Shown here: positions 9,956 through 19,409 of the stretch, piece after piece
Layout: each line of letters opens with the position of its first letter
Position numbering within the stretch: the stretch's first letter is position 1
Source: a virus
Taxonomy: Duplodnaviria > Caudoviricetes
Length of the DNA stretch: 40,413 bases
Reading direction: 5' to 3' (one strand)
Virus record (IMG/VR): IMGVR_UViG_3300049138_000107
Location: 1 to 40,413 of that record
The notes under the pieces: generated by a model
The model's input: only the letters and a program-made list of their open reading frames with translations
The model's database searches: none
What the model was told of the DNA's origin: nothing
Translations under genes and position numbers: made by a program

Positions 9956-10522
9956 GTGGCTAAGAACTACGACAACATCCGCGTCTACGGCGACCTGGCC
10001 AGCGAGGTTTACCTCGCGCCCAAGGGGAGCACACTGCCGACGGTCATCACCGAGGAACCGGCGGCACCTTTCGATCCGCTCGGCTGGCTGTCCGACGGCG
10101 GCATCAACCTCGCCGTCTCCACCGAGATCCAGAAATTCAAGGGATACCAGGGCGGCACCACGGTCCGCGTGAAGGTCACCTCCACGGAGAAAACGATCTC
10201 CATGCAGGCCCTGGAGGAAACGCCCGGCGTGACCGAGCTCTACTTCGACCACGGCGCCCCGGTCGTGACCGGCACCGGCGAGACGGCGGTCGCCCGGATC
10301 GACCTGCCGGAAAGCATCGGCAACGTCGAGCGCACCGGCATCTTCCGCTTCGTCGACAACGACGTGCAGAAGTGGCTCTGCGCCCCGCTGGTCCAGGTAA
10401 CGGAGCGGGAAGAAATCCCGCACACCAACGCCGACATGACGATCTACGGATTCAGCCTGGAGATCATCGGCGCCGCCTACCTGCTGACCAACAACCCGGC
10501 CTACCTGCTGGGAGCAGCCTAA
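9956..10522 (+). CDS. Major tail (tube) protein
   Basis: RBS AAGGAGG; VYLAPKG and LGWLSDGGI motifs; position before the chaperones. Confidence 0.88.
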   Translation: MAKNYDNIRVYGDLASEVYLAPKGSTLPTVITEEPAAPFDPLGWLSDGGINLAVSTEIQKFKGYQGGTTVRVKVTSTEKTISMQALEETPGVTELYFDHGAPVVTGTGETAVARIDLPESIGNVERTGIFRFVDNDVQKWLCAPLVQVTEREEIPHTNADMTIYGFSLEIIGAAYLLTNNPAYLLGAA

Positions 10523-10527
10523 CCGCC

Positions 10528-10603
10528 GGGCGGCGGGTCGGCGCTTTCCGTGGCGGTTCTGCCGACCGGCCGCCCTCCCAAACTTCACGCCACGAACCGC
10601 CAC
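10528..10603 (+). promoter_or_regulatory. Structured intergenic RNA (hairpin plus loop pairing, possible pseudoknot) upstream of the tail chaperone
   Basis: 10528-10542 pairs with 10561-10575 (14 of 15 positions); loop GTGGCGGTTC 10550-10559 is the exact complement of GAACCGCCAC 10594-10603. Confidence 0.6.
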
Positions 10604-10626
10604 ACCATCTTTGAGAGGAAACCGCC

Positions 10627-10992
10627 ATGACACCCACACCAGACAAGGCCGCCGCCAAACGGTCCGCAGCCGAGCGCCGCAGCGCCATCCCGGCCGATGT
10701 GAAACAGCCCAGCGACCACCGGCCGCCGCAGGACGATGTCGACGGCCCGCCGGACCTTCACCTCGTCTGGCACGGCAACGAGTACGACATCCCCGGCGAG
10801 AACCTCGACGACGTCGAGGTCCTCGAATACCTCACGGATGACAACTTCGTCGGCGCCTTGCGCCTGATGCTCGGCGATAAGGGCTGGGCCGATTACAAGG
10901 CGAACGAGCGCAACGACCGAGGGAAGGTTACCGCTTCCGGCGCCGCCGAATTCCTCAACCACATCCTCACGGTGGGTGACCGAAAAAACTAG
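10627..10992 (+). CDS. Tail assembly chaperone (gpG-like)
   Basis: Between major tail and tape measure; ends in the slippery sequence A AAA AAC TAG. Confidence 0.85.
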   Translation: MTPTPDKAAAKRSAAERRSAIPADVKQPSDHRPPQDDVDGPPDLHLVWHGNEYDIPGENLDDVEVLEYLTDDNFVGALRLMLGDKGWADYKANERNDRGKVTASGAAEFLNHILTVGDRKN

Positions 10993-11363
10993 CGAGCCTC
11001 GCGTACCTGCTCAAGCACTTCGGCGACGCCGTCGAAGCCGACCTCATGCGCTTTTACCAGGTCGATCTGCCGGGCATGTACCGAGGGAAGTACAGCGCCC
11101 GGCAGATTTCGATCTTCGTGAAGTACCTGCCCAGGGGAGCGCAGACCTGGCAGCTCCTCGGCGGGCCGCAGGCGATCACCCAGGAAACCGAGGACCTCTG
11201 GATCGTCGCGCACCTGCTCAGCGGCATCGCCTGGCAGAACGCAGGCAGTAAAGGGCAGCCGCCGAAGCCCCGCGAGTACCCCAAGGGAGTCCTCGAACAG
11301 CGGGCCGAGATGAACCGCATGCTCAGCCAGGCCGAAGCGTTCCGGCGCAAACACCACAAATAA
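10983..11363 (+). CDS. Tail assembly chaperone frameshift extension (gpGT-like), reached by a -1 ribosomal frameshift
   Basis: X XXY YYZ heptamer A-AAA-AAC at 10983-10989; the -1 frame is open (KKLASLAYLLKHFGDAVEADLMRFY...) to TAA at 11363. Confidence 0.85.
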   Translation, partial: KKLASLAYLLKHFGDAVEADLMRFYQVDLPGMYRGKYSARQISIFVKYLPRGAQTWQLLGGPQAITQETEDLWIVAHLLSGIAWQNAGSKGQPPKPREYPKGVLEQRAEMNRMLSQAEAFRRKHHK

Positions 11364-11381
11364 CCCGGGAAGGGAGGACCA

Positions 11382-14300
11382 ATGGCAACACCTTCAGGCG
11401 TGGAGCTGGCGACCGCCTACGTTTCGGTCATCCCTTCCCTCAAGGGCAGCAAGACCACGATCGCGAAAGAGCTCGGCGCCAAAGCCGACCCGGCAGCCGA
11501 GCGGGCCGGGAAATCCGCAGGCGAGAAATTCACCAGCGGGCTCAAGACCGGCATCGGCAAGGTCGGCCAGGTCCTCAAGCTCGGGGTCCTGGCCGGTGGA
11601 GCCGCGGTCGCCGCCGCCGGAGTGGTCGGTATCAAGACCGCCGCCGAGATGGAGACGGCGAACATCGCGTTCACGACGATGCTCGGATCCGCCGAGGAAG
11701 CAAAGAAATTCCTCGGCGACCTCTCCAGCTTCGCGGCGAAAACGCCGTTCGACCTTCCCGGCCTCCAGCGCAGCGCCCAGTCCCTGGTTTCGATCGGCAT
11801 CGAATCGGACAAAGTGATCCCGATCATGACCACGCTCGGCAACGTGACCAGCGGCATGGGCACCGGCGCCGAAGGCGTGCAGCGGGCGACCACGGCGATC
11901 CAGCAGATGAACGCCGCCGGGAAGATCTCGGCCGAGGACCTTAACCAGCTCCGCGACGCAGGCGTCCCGGTCTTCGACCTGCTCACGGCGGCCACCGGCA
12001 AGACCACGGAAGAGATCGCCGAGATGGCGAACAAGGGCAAGCTGGGCAAGGAAGAACTCGAACAGCTCATGTCGGCCCTGGAGTCCGGCAAGGGACTCGA
12101 GAAATTCAACGGCATGATGGAGAAGCAGTCCACGAGCCTCACCGGCCTCTGGTCCACGCTTCAGGACACCTTCAGCGTTGGCATGGCCGAAGCGATCCAG
12201 CCCTTCATCCCGGCCCTCAAGGAAGGGCTCGGCGGCGCCATCACCTTTATCGCCGACCTGCTCCCGAAGGTCCAGACCGGGATCACGGAATTTATCGGCG
12301 GCATCGAAGCCTTCGGCGCGTCCTGGGCATACAACGACGGCGAGGTCACCAGCTCAGGCTTCCCCGGATTCATGGAGAGGCTCGCCTACGCCATCCGGCA
12401 GGCGGTCGACCGCGCCGTCGAATTCGGCCGCTGGCTGGATGAGAACAAAGGGACCATCGCCGCGGTCGCCGCGGTTATCGGCACCCTCCTGATTCCCGTT
12501 TTCATCCGGGCCGGAGTGCAGGCAACGATCTCCGGCGTGAAGCAGGTCGCCGCCTGGGCCGCGAGCAGCGGCGGAGCGATCAAAACCGCCGCGGTCTACG
12601 TGATCCAGAGCTACAAGATCATCGGCGCCTGGGTCGCCCAGGGAGCAGCCGCGATCAAGTCCGGCGCCCAGACCGCAGCGATCTGGCTGATGTACCGGCT
12701 CGACGCCATCAAGGCCGCCGGAGTCTACGCCGCGCAGTCCGCCCGGATCGCTGCCGCCTGGGCGGTCCAGTCCGCGGCCGCCATCGGCTCCGGCATCAAG
12801 CAGGGAGCAGTCTGGACCGGCACGATGATCCGCAGCGCCGTCACCGGAGCCGCGACCTTCGTGGTCCAGGCCGCCCGCGTCGTCGGCGGCTGGGCCCTCA
12901 TGGGAGTGCAGTCGCTCATCCACGCCGCGAGGATGGCCGCCGCCTGGTTCATCGCGCTCGGCCCGATCGGCTGGATCACCGCAGCCGTCATCGGCATCGC
13001 CATTCTCGTGATCGCAAACTGGGAAAAAATAAAAGCGTTCACGATCGCGATTTTCACGAACGTGGCGAATTTCGCCCGCGACACCTGGGCAAATATTCAG
13101 AAATGGATAACCGGCGCGATCGAATATGCCCGAGCCTGGATCAACCAAAAGATCCTCTGGATAAAGGCAGCCTGGCACCTGGTCTGGACGACCGTGAAAA
13201 ATAAGGCCGTCGAAATTTGGACCGGAATACGAAATACAATAACCGGCGCCATCGAATCGGTCCGAGCCTGGATCGACCAAAAAGTCCAGTGGATCCGCGC
13301 AGCCTGGGCCCTGGCCTGGGGAATTATCCGCGATAAAGCGACCGCGATCTGGACCGGAATAAAGGATTCAATTTCCAACGTCTGGCGGCTCGGACTGAAG
13401 CCGATTTGGGACACGATCATGCGCGTCATAACGGAGGACGTGCCTGACGCCTTCCGAAAAGGCGTCGATTTCGTGAAGGAAATCTGGTCCGGGATAAAGG
13501 CGATCGCCAAAAAACCAATTTCTTTCATCATCGACACGGTCCTGAATAAAGGGCTCATCGGCGCGTACAACACCGTCGCCGACTGGCTAAAGATCGGGAA
13601 GATCGACGAAATCAAAATCCCCGGATTCGCCCGCGGCGGCATCCTGCCCGGCTACGAGAGCCGGAAGCGGGACACCGTCCTTACCCCGATGCGGGCGGGC
13701 GAGGGAGTCCTGGTGCCGGAGGTCGTCAAGGGCATCGGCGCCGCGACCGTTCACGCGCTCAACGCCGCAGGTAACCGCGGTGGAGTCGCCGCGGTCCGGG
13801 CCCTGCTGCATCCGGGCCGGGCGAAGGGCGGGCTCATCCACCCGATGGCCGGGCCCTACACCGTCAGCTCCGGCTACGGGCCCCGCGCCGACGTCGGCTT
13901 CCATGACGGCCTGGACTTCGCTGCGCCGACCGGCACCCGGGTCCTGGCCGCCGCAGCAGGCCGGGCACTGGCAGCCGGATGGGGAGCAGGCGGTGCGGGC
14001 AACATGGTCAAGCTTGCCCACGGCGGCGGGCTCGAAACGCTCTACTACCACCTCAGCCGGGTCGCGATCCGCGCCGGGCGCCAGGTCCGCGCCGGAGAGC
14101 TCATCGGCAACGTCGGCTCGACCGGCAACAGCACCGGCCCGCACCTGCACTTCACGGTGCGCCAGGGCGGCGCCCACGTCAACCCGGCCAGCTTCCTCTC
14201 CGGCAAGCTCGGCACCGGCGACGGCGGCGGCGGCGGATTCTTCAACCCGTTCGGCAAGCTGATCGCCTGGGCGAAAGAGAAGATCACGGCAGCGTTCCCG

Positions 14301-15134
14301 CAGGCCGGGAAGTTCGTCGACCTCGCCGCGGCGACCGGCACGAAGCTCATCAGCTCCGGCATCGAATGGGCGAAGAAGAAGATCGCCTCGCTCACCGACT
14401 GGCTGCGGCCCGACGCCGGGCGGCGCAACACCTCGGCCGGGCCGCTGGCCCCGCTGCCCGGCGAAGCCCCCTGGCAGGCATCGCTGTCGAAAGACATCCG
14501 GGCCGCCCGCGGCCTGAACGTCAAGCCGAGCCCGGAGGTGCTGCGCAACTGGTCGATGGGCGACGCGGTCAACACCTGGGACCAGCTCAGCTCGCTGCGG
14601 ATCCGCCAGGGCAGCACCGACCCGCTCGCGACGGCCCAGGAAATGAGCATGGGCACGGGCATCCTCGGCAGGGCACTGGAGGACGGCGGCATCCTCCTCA
14701 ACAAGGACTACCTGCACCATTCCAGCGCTGACCGGCGGGCGACCGCGCTGCACGAACTCGGCCACGTCCTCGGGCTGCCCCACACAAACCGGGCATCGAT
14801 CATGCAGCCGGTCATCCGCAACCACCACAACCCCACGCCCTTTGACACCGAGAACCTGCGCCGCCTCTACCCCACGATCTACGACGGCGGCGGCTGGCTG
14901 GAGAACTACGGCGGCCCGCAGCTCATCGACCACCAGGCACGGAAGCCCGACGCCATCCTGACCGACGGGCAATGGGACACCATGCGCACGATCGCGGCCA
15001 ACAGCGCCACCGGCGGCGACACCTACCACCTCCATAACGTGCCGATGGACCACGCCGAAGAAGTGGCCCAGGCAATCATGTTCGAGCGCCGCCGGGTCGC
15101 CCGCGGCGGGAAATACTCAGGAGCCCGGCGATGA
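11382..15134 (+). CDS. Tape measure protein with C-terminal M23 peptidase and zincin metallopeptidase motifs
   Basis: 1250 aa; tape-measure domain (FAAKTPFDL, GKISAEDLNQL); Trp-periodic repeats; M23 motifs HDGLD and HLHF; HELGHVLGLPH at 14751-14783. Confidence 0.92.
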   Translation: MATPSGVELATAYVSVIPSLKGSKTTIAKELGAKADPAAERAGKSAGEKFTSGLKTGIGKVGQVLKLGVLAGGAAVAAAGVVGIKTAAEMETANIAFTTMLGSAEEAKKFLGDLSSFAAKTPFDLPGLQRSAQSLVSIGIESDKVIPIMTTLGNVTSGMGTGAEGVQRATTAIQQMNAAGKISAEDLNQLRDAGVPVFDLLTAATGKTTEEIAEMANKGKLGKEELEQLMSALESGKGLEKFNGMMEKQSTSLTGLWSTLQDTFSVGMAEAIQPFIPALKEGLGGAITFIADLLPKVQTGITEFIGGIEAFGASWAYNDGEVTSSGFPGFMERLAYAIRQAVDRAVEFGRWLDENKGTIAAVAAVIGTLLIPVFIRAGVQATISGVKQVAAWAASSGGAIKTAAVYVIQSYKIIGAWVAQGAAAIKSGAQTAAIWLMYRLDAIKAAGVYAAQSARIAAAWAVQSAAAIGSGIKQGAVWTGTMIRSAVTGAATFVVQAARVVGGWALMGVQSLIHAARMAAAWFIALGPIGWITAAVIGIAILVIANWEKIKAFTIAIFTNVANFARDTWANIQKWITGAIEYARAWINQKILWIKAAWHLVWTTVKNKAVEIWTGIRNTITGAIESVRAWIDQKVQWIRAAWALAWGIIRDKATAIWTGIKDSISNVWRLGLKPIWDTIMRVITEDVPDAFRKGVDFVKEIWSGIKAIAKKPISFIIDTVLNKGLIGAYNTVADWLKIGKIDEIKIPGFARGGILPGYESRKRDTVLTPMRAGEGVLVPEVVKGIGAATVHALNAAGNRGGVAAVRALLHPGRAKGGLIHPMAGPYTVSSGYGPRADVGFHDGLDFAAPTGTRVLAAAAGRALAAGWGAGGAGNMVKLAHGGGLETLYYHLSRVAIRAGRQVRAGELIGNVGSTGNSTGPHLHFTVRQGGAHVNPASFLSGKLGTGDGGGGGFFNPFGKLIAWAKEKITAAFPQAGKFVDLAAATGTKLISSGIEWAKKKIASLTDWLRPDAGRRNTSAGPLAPLPGEAPWQASLSKDIRAARGLNVKPSPEVLRNWSMGDAVNTWDQLSSLRIRQGSTDPLATAQEMSMGTGILGRALEDGGILLNKDYLHHSSADRRATALHELGHVLGLPHTNRASIMQPVIRNHHNPTPFDTENLRRLYPTIYDGGGWLENYGGPQLIDHQARKPDAILTDGQWDTMRTIAANSATGGDTYHLHNVPMDHAEEVAQAIMFERRRVARGGKYSGARR

Positions 15135-15991
15135 TCCTCAGCGACGGCGACCTCGAACTCGACGGATACCCGATCGGCCAGGACTGGCCCGTGTTCGCCG
15201 AGGGACTCGACCCCGGACACCCGGAGGTCCGAACCCAGGATGCGGATAACCCGGTCGGCGACGGCCGCCTGTTCGGCCGGGACTTCCTGACCGGGCCGAC
15301 CTGGACCCTCGACCTCGTCGTCAACACCGGCAGCAGCGCCGAAGCCCGCCAGGTCCTCGGCGAGCTCGCCCGGCGCTGGCGGGCGGCCAGGACCGTGGCA
15401 GGAAAAGAATCCGTGCTGCGCTACCGGATCGGCGGCGAGACACGCCTGGTCTACGGGCGGCCCCGGAACCTCGCACCCGACCCGGCCGGAATCGAGTCCG
15501 GCGCGATCACGGTCACCGGCACGTTCGTGTGCAGCGACCACCTCCAGTACGGCGACGACTTGAGGGTCCTGGCCCAGCTCAAGCTCATCCCGCCGCCGAC
15601 CGGCGGATTCGTCGCCCCGTTCACCGCGCCGATTGTGACCGCTTCGACCGGCGAGCTCCAGGGGGTCATCGCCGACGTCGGCGGCAACGCCCCGGCCCCG
15701 TTCACCGCCAGGATCAAGGGCCCGGTCACGAACCCGTACCTGACCGGCGACGGCTGGCGGATCGAGCTGCGCACCACGCTCGCCCATGACGAAACCGTGA
15801 CCATCGACACCCGGAAAAACACGGTCATCAGCAACCTGCGCGGCTCGCTCGGCGGAACCCTGACCAGGTACTCGCGGCTCGCCGCAGCCCGGCTGCTGCC
15901 CGGCCCGGACCGCGTCAGCTTCGGCGGCACCGACGCGACCGGCACCGCGACCGCAAACATCACCTGGCGCCCCGCCTTCGACGGATTCTAA
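15131..15991 (+). CDS. Minor tail protein (distal tail, Dit-like)
   Basis: First gene after the tape measure; GPVTNP and LLPG-x-RVSF motifs. Confidence 0.75.
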   Translation: MILSDGDLELDGYPIGQDWPVFAEGLDPGHPEVRTQDADNPVGDGRLFGRDFLTGPTWTLDLVVNTGSSAEARQVLGELARRWRAARTVAGKESVLRYRIGGETRLVYGRPRNLAPDPAGIESGAITVTGTFVCSDHLQYGDDLRVLAQLKLIPPPTGGFVAPFTAPIVTASTGELQGVIADVGGNAPAPFTARIKGPVTNPYLTGDGWRIELRTTLAHDETVTIDTRKNTVISNLRGSLGGTLTRYSRLAAARLLPGPDRVSFGGTDATGTATANITWRPAFDGF

Positions 15992-16004
15992 GGAGAACAA
16001 CAGC

Positions 16005-16976
16005 ATGGCACTCGATCCCGTCCCCTGGATGATCGGCGGCGGCGAAGCCGTCCACTCGGCCGACGTCGCCCGGTCCGCCCTGTATTCGGTCAACGGCGGC
16101 GCCAATGGCATCACCCGCCCCGGAGACTTCCGCTGCACCGCCCTGCCCGTCCCGGGCGCCGCCGTGCGCATCGGCCCCGGCGGCGGCACGTTCGACAACC
16201 GCTACCCCGGCGGCGCGGGCCAGTCCTACAGCGCCAGGGCGGGCGAGAGCACCGACGTGCCGGTCGCCGCGACGGGCTCCAGCGGCGCCGCCGTGAAGTA
16301 CGTCATCCTGCGCATCGACGACCCGCAGTACGGCGGCCAGGCGACCGGGCCGACCGGCCCCTATGTCCGCGCCGAGATCGTCACCAGCATCAGCAACCTC
16401 GCGTACCCATTCATCGAGCTCGCCCGGATCAATCAGCCCGCCAACACCGCCACGATCACGCAGAGCATGATTACCGACCTCCGCCAGGTCGCCAGGCCCC
16501 GGATCAAAACCGAGATGCGCACCCTCTCCGTGGTCACCGGCCAGGAAGACGTGCTCAATGTGACCAGCAACTATCCCGACGGCGGCGAGACATGGCCCGA
16601 AGCCGCCGAGAACGCCTGGTCGTTCCTCGACATTCCGAGTTGGGCGACGCGCTGCAAAATCATCATGCACTGGTCCGGCGTCGTCGCGCCCGGCGGCGAC
16701 ACCTGGGGGTGGGCATGGGTCCAGGTCGGCTACAGCGTGAACCCGGACAACTTCAAAACCCAGGGAGTCTTTTACGACACCACCGGGATCCCGAACCGCT
16801 CCCGCATCCACCTCATGGCCGCCGACGAAAAAGCGATCCCGGCTGCGCTGCGCGGCGGAGCGCATAAGTTCTACCCGCGGGCCAACGTGCTCGGCGGCCC
16901 GACCGCAGCCCGCCTGAAGCTCGACGCCGGGAGCACGATGGCCCTCCACGTCGAATTCATGGAACGGCCGGACTGA
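16005..16976 (+). CDS. Minor tail protein
   Basis: RBS AAGGAG; ILRIDDPQY...ELARINQPANTATITQSMITDLR pattern seen in actinophage tail proteins. Confidence 0.75.
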   Translation: MALDPVPWMIGGGEAVHSADVARSALYSVNGGANGITRPGDFRCTALPVPGAAVRIGPGGGTFDNRYPGGAGQSYSARAGESTDVPVAATGSSGAAVKYVILRIDDPQYGGQATGPTGPYVRAEIVTSISNLAYPFIELARINQPANTATITQSMITDLRQVARPRIKTEMRTLSVVTGQEDVLNVTSNYPDGGETWPEAAENAWSFLDIPSWATRCKIIMHWSGVVAPGGDTWGWAWVQVGYSVNPDNFKTQGVFYDTTGIPNRSRIHLMAADEKAIPAALRGGAHKFYPRANVLGGPTAARLKLDAGSTMALHVEFMERPD

Positions 16977-18520
16977 TGAGCTGGCGCTTCCTTGCCACCA
17001 GGCTCAACGGCGACGGCACGGAAACGGTCCTCGATTACGACATCCCGCTCACCGGCGCCGAGATCACCGAAGACCTGTCCGGGCCCGGCGGCATCACCGG
17101 CAAGATCACCCCGGAGATCGCCCGGCTCACCGTCAACGGCCGCCGCCCGCTGTTTGAACCCTGGTCCACCGCGATCTACGCCGAGACAAACGGAGTGATC
17201 CGGGCCGGAGCGATCCTCGCCGAGATGAACGAGAACGGCGCCGACCTGGAGCTCGACTGCGTCGGATTCAGCGGATACCCGACCGGGCAGCCCTACACCG
17301 GCGCCCGCTCCATGATCGGCACCGACCCCCTGGATGAAGCCCGGCACATTTGGGAGCACCTCCAGTCGCAGCCCGGCGGGAACCTCGGCCTGGTCCTCGA
17401 CGACACGATCAGCCCCGTCCGGCTCGGCATCCCGGAGGACCCCAGGCTGACGTCGGCCAGGACCGGCGAGCACAAAGCGAGGACCGCCTACGAAGCCGAC
17501 AAGGCGACCCGGATCAAACTGGACAACGCCGTGAAGGACGGCGAGACGGACGTCCTCAACGCCGAGAAATCGATCTTCGGCGCCGCCGGAGTGACGTGGG
17601 CCGAGGACAGCCGGATCATCGAACAGTCCTCGGCGCCGACCGGATCCGGCGCCGACGTGAACAACATCTGGATCGATAAGGACGACGGGAAGGTCTACAA
17701 GTACAGCGGCGGCAAGTGGGTCGTCCTGTCGACGGCGACGGCCACCGCGGTCAAGTCCCGCCAGGCCATCTGGGAGAAAACGAAGCTCACCCTGGTCGAG
17801 CTGAAGAAAGACCGCGACGCCGCCAAAACCGTCGAAGCGAGATCGAAAGACGTCTGGGACAAAGCGAAACAGGCCCTCCAGGACCAGGCCGGTGGCGAGG
17901 CACAGCCCTACGTCCTCGGCTACTGGGAGACGCATGACCTCGGCCAGAGCTTCGATGACCTCGCGGCCGAGACACCGTTCGATTACCGGGTCGTCCACTC
18001 CTGGGCGGGCGACCAGATCGTCCACCGGATGGTCCTCGGATACCCGCAGCTCGGCGCCCGCCGACCGAACCTGCGCTTCATGACCGGCGAGAACATCATG
18101 GCCGCGCAGACGATCGAATACAGCGGCGCCGGGTACGCCAGCCAGGTCCTCGTCCTCGGCGCCGGAGAGGGCCGGGCAATGGTCCGGGCCATGTCCACCG
18201 CGGGTACGACGGGCCGCCTGCGCCGGGTCGCCGTTGTCAGCAACAAAGCGCTCCCCAACTCCGCGGCGGCCCGCAAGCTCGCCGAGCAGGAAGTGAAGCT
18301 GCGCTCCGGCGCCGTCGACTTCGGCGACGACATCGTGGTCCGGGATCACCCGAACGCGCCGCTGGGATCTTACGGGCCGGGAGACGAAATTCTCATCCAG
18401 TCCGACGGCAGCGGCTGGACCGGGCAGCTCGCGATCTGGTGCCGGGTCCTGACCATCACGATCGACACCGCCCAGGACACTGCGACGCTCACCGTGGCCA
18501 GGGCGGAGGAAGTGAGCTGA
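16976..18520 (+). CDS. Minor tail protein (baseplate hub-like) with internal coiled-coil insert
   Basis: LSGPGGITG and YASQVLVLGAGEG motifs; synteny. Confidence 0.75.
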   Translation: MSWRFLATRLNGDGTETVLDYDIPLTGAEITEDLSGPGGITGKITPEIARLTVNGRRPLFEPWSTAIYAETNGVIRAGAILAEMNENGADLELDCVGFSGYPTGQPYTGARSMIGTDPLDEARHIWEHLQSQPGGNLGLVLDDTISPVRLGIPEDPRLTSARTGEHKARTAYEADKATRIKLDNAVKDGETDVLNAEKSIFGAAGVTWAEDSRIIEQSSAPTGSGADVNNIWIDKDDGKVYKYSGGKWVVLSTATATAVKSRQAIWEKTKLTLVELKKDRDAAKTVEARSKDVWDKAKQALQDQAGGEAQPYVLGYWETHDLGQSFDDLAAETPFDYRVVHSWAGDQIVHRMVLGYPQLGARRPNLRFMTGENIMAAQTIEYSGAGYASQVLVLGAGEGRAMVRAMSTAGTTGRLRRVAVVSNKALPNSAAARKLAEQEVKLRSGAVDFGDDIVVRDHPNAPLGSYGPGDEILIQSDGSGWTGQLAIWCRVLTITIDTAQDTATLTVARAEEVS

Positions 18521-18524
18521 CCGC

Positions 18525-19394
18525 ATGAGCGCGATCCGCGACCTCGCCGCCCGGCTGGAACGACTGGAGTACGCCGAGCGGGCCAGGAACAAGCCGCAGC
18601 TTCACGCCAGCAGTATCGAGGATGGCGCGATCACCGAGTACGACCGCGACGGGAACCTCACGGCGACGATCGGCCGCCAGTACGACGGCACCCACGGCAT
18701 CACGGTCCAGACCGGGCCGATCCCGCCGACCGCGACCCGGCCGATCCTCACCCCGGGCCGGAACCAACTGACCGCCCGCTGGGACGGCATCTTCATGGGA
18801 ACCAACGGCGCCCCGGACATCCTCGTCGTCGCCCCGATGGACTTCTCCCGGGTCGAGGTCCATGCCAGCACGGCGGCCCCGGACTTCGAGCCGACCTCCG
18901 AGACACTGGTCGGCACGATCGAGACACCCCGTGGCGGCGACGTCGTCATCACGCCCTGCCCCGGCGGCCCCTGGTATGTCCGCTTCCTCACCCGCAGCCT
19001 GGCCGGGAAAGCGAGCCCGGCGTCCTTCGCCGCGGCAGCGACCCCGCTGACCGAGGGCAGCATCGTCCTCGACCGGATCGACGCAGCCGAGACGGCGATC
19101 GTCAACGCGGGCGACATCATGCTCGGCCCCGATGAGCTGCCGCTGGGAGAAAAGCTCGAACTTACCGACCAGGAGGTCAACGGGCTGAGCGGGCGGCTGG
19201 ATAACGAGATCGTCCCGGCCATCAACGCCGCCGCGGCGAGCCCGGTCACCGACGCCCGGCTGGCCGAAGGATCACTGACCGTCTGGCCCTTCGCGCCCAA
19301 CACGATCCCGGCCGGAACCATCGGCAGCACCGAGCTGGAGGACTTCAGCATCCTCGTCACCAAGCTCAGAACAGACCGGCACCACCTCTACTGA
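18525..19394 (+). CDS. Minor tail protein
   Basis: SSIEDGAI; fibronectin-III-like RWDG...DFSRVEVHAS...WYVRF segment. Confidence 0.7.
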   Translation: MSAIRDLAARLERLEYAERARNKPQLHASSIEDGAITEYDRDGNLTATIGRQYDGTHGITVQTGPIPPTATRPILTPGRNQLTARWDGIFMGTNGAPDILVVAPMDFSRVEVHASTAAPDFEPTSETLVGTIETPRGGDVVITPCPGGPWYVRFLTRSLAGKASPASFAAAATPLTEGSIVLDRIDAAETAIVNAGDIMLGPDELPLGEKLELTDQEVNGLSGRLDNEIVPAINAAAASPVTDARLAEGSLTVWPFAPNTIPAGTIGSTELEDFSILVTKLRTDRHHLY

Positions 19395-19409
19395 AACGGA
19401 GCACCCGCT

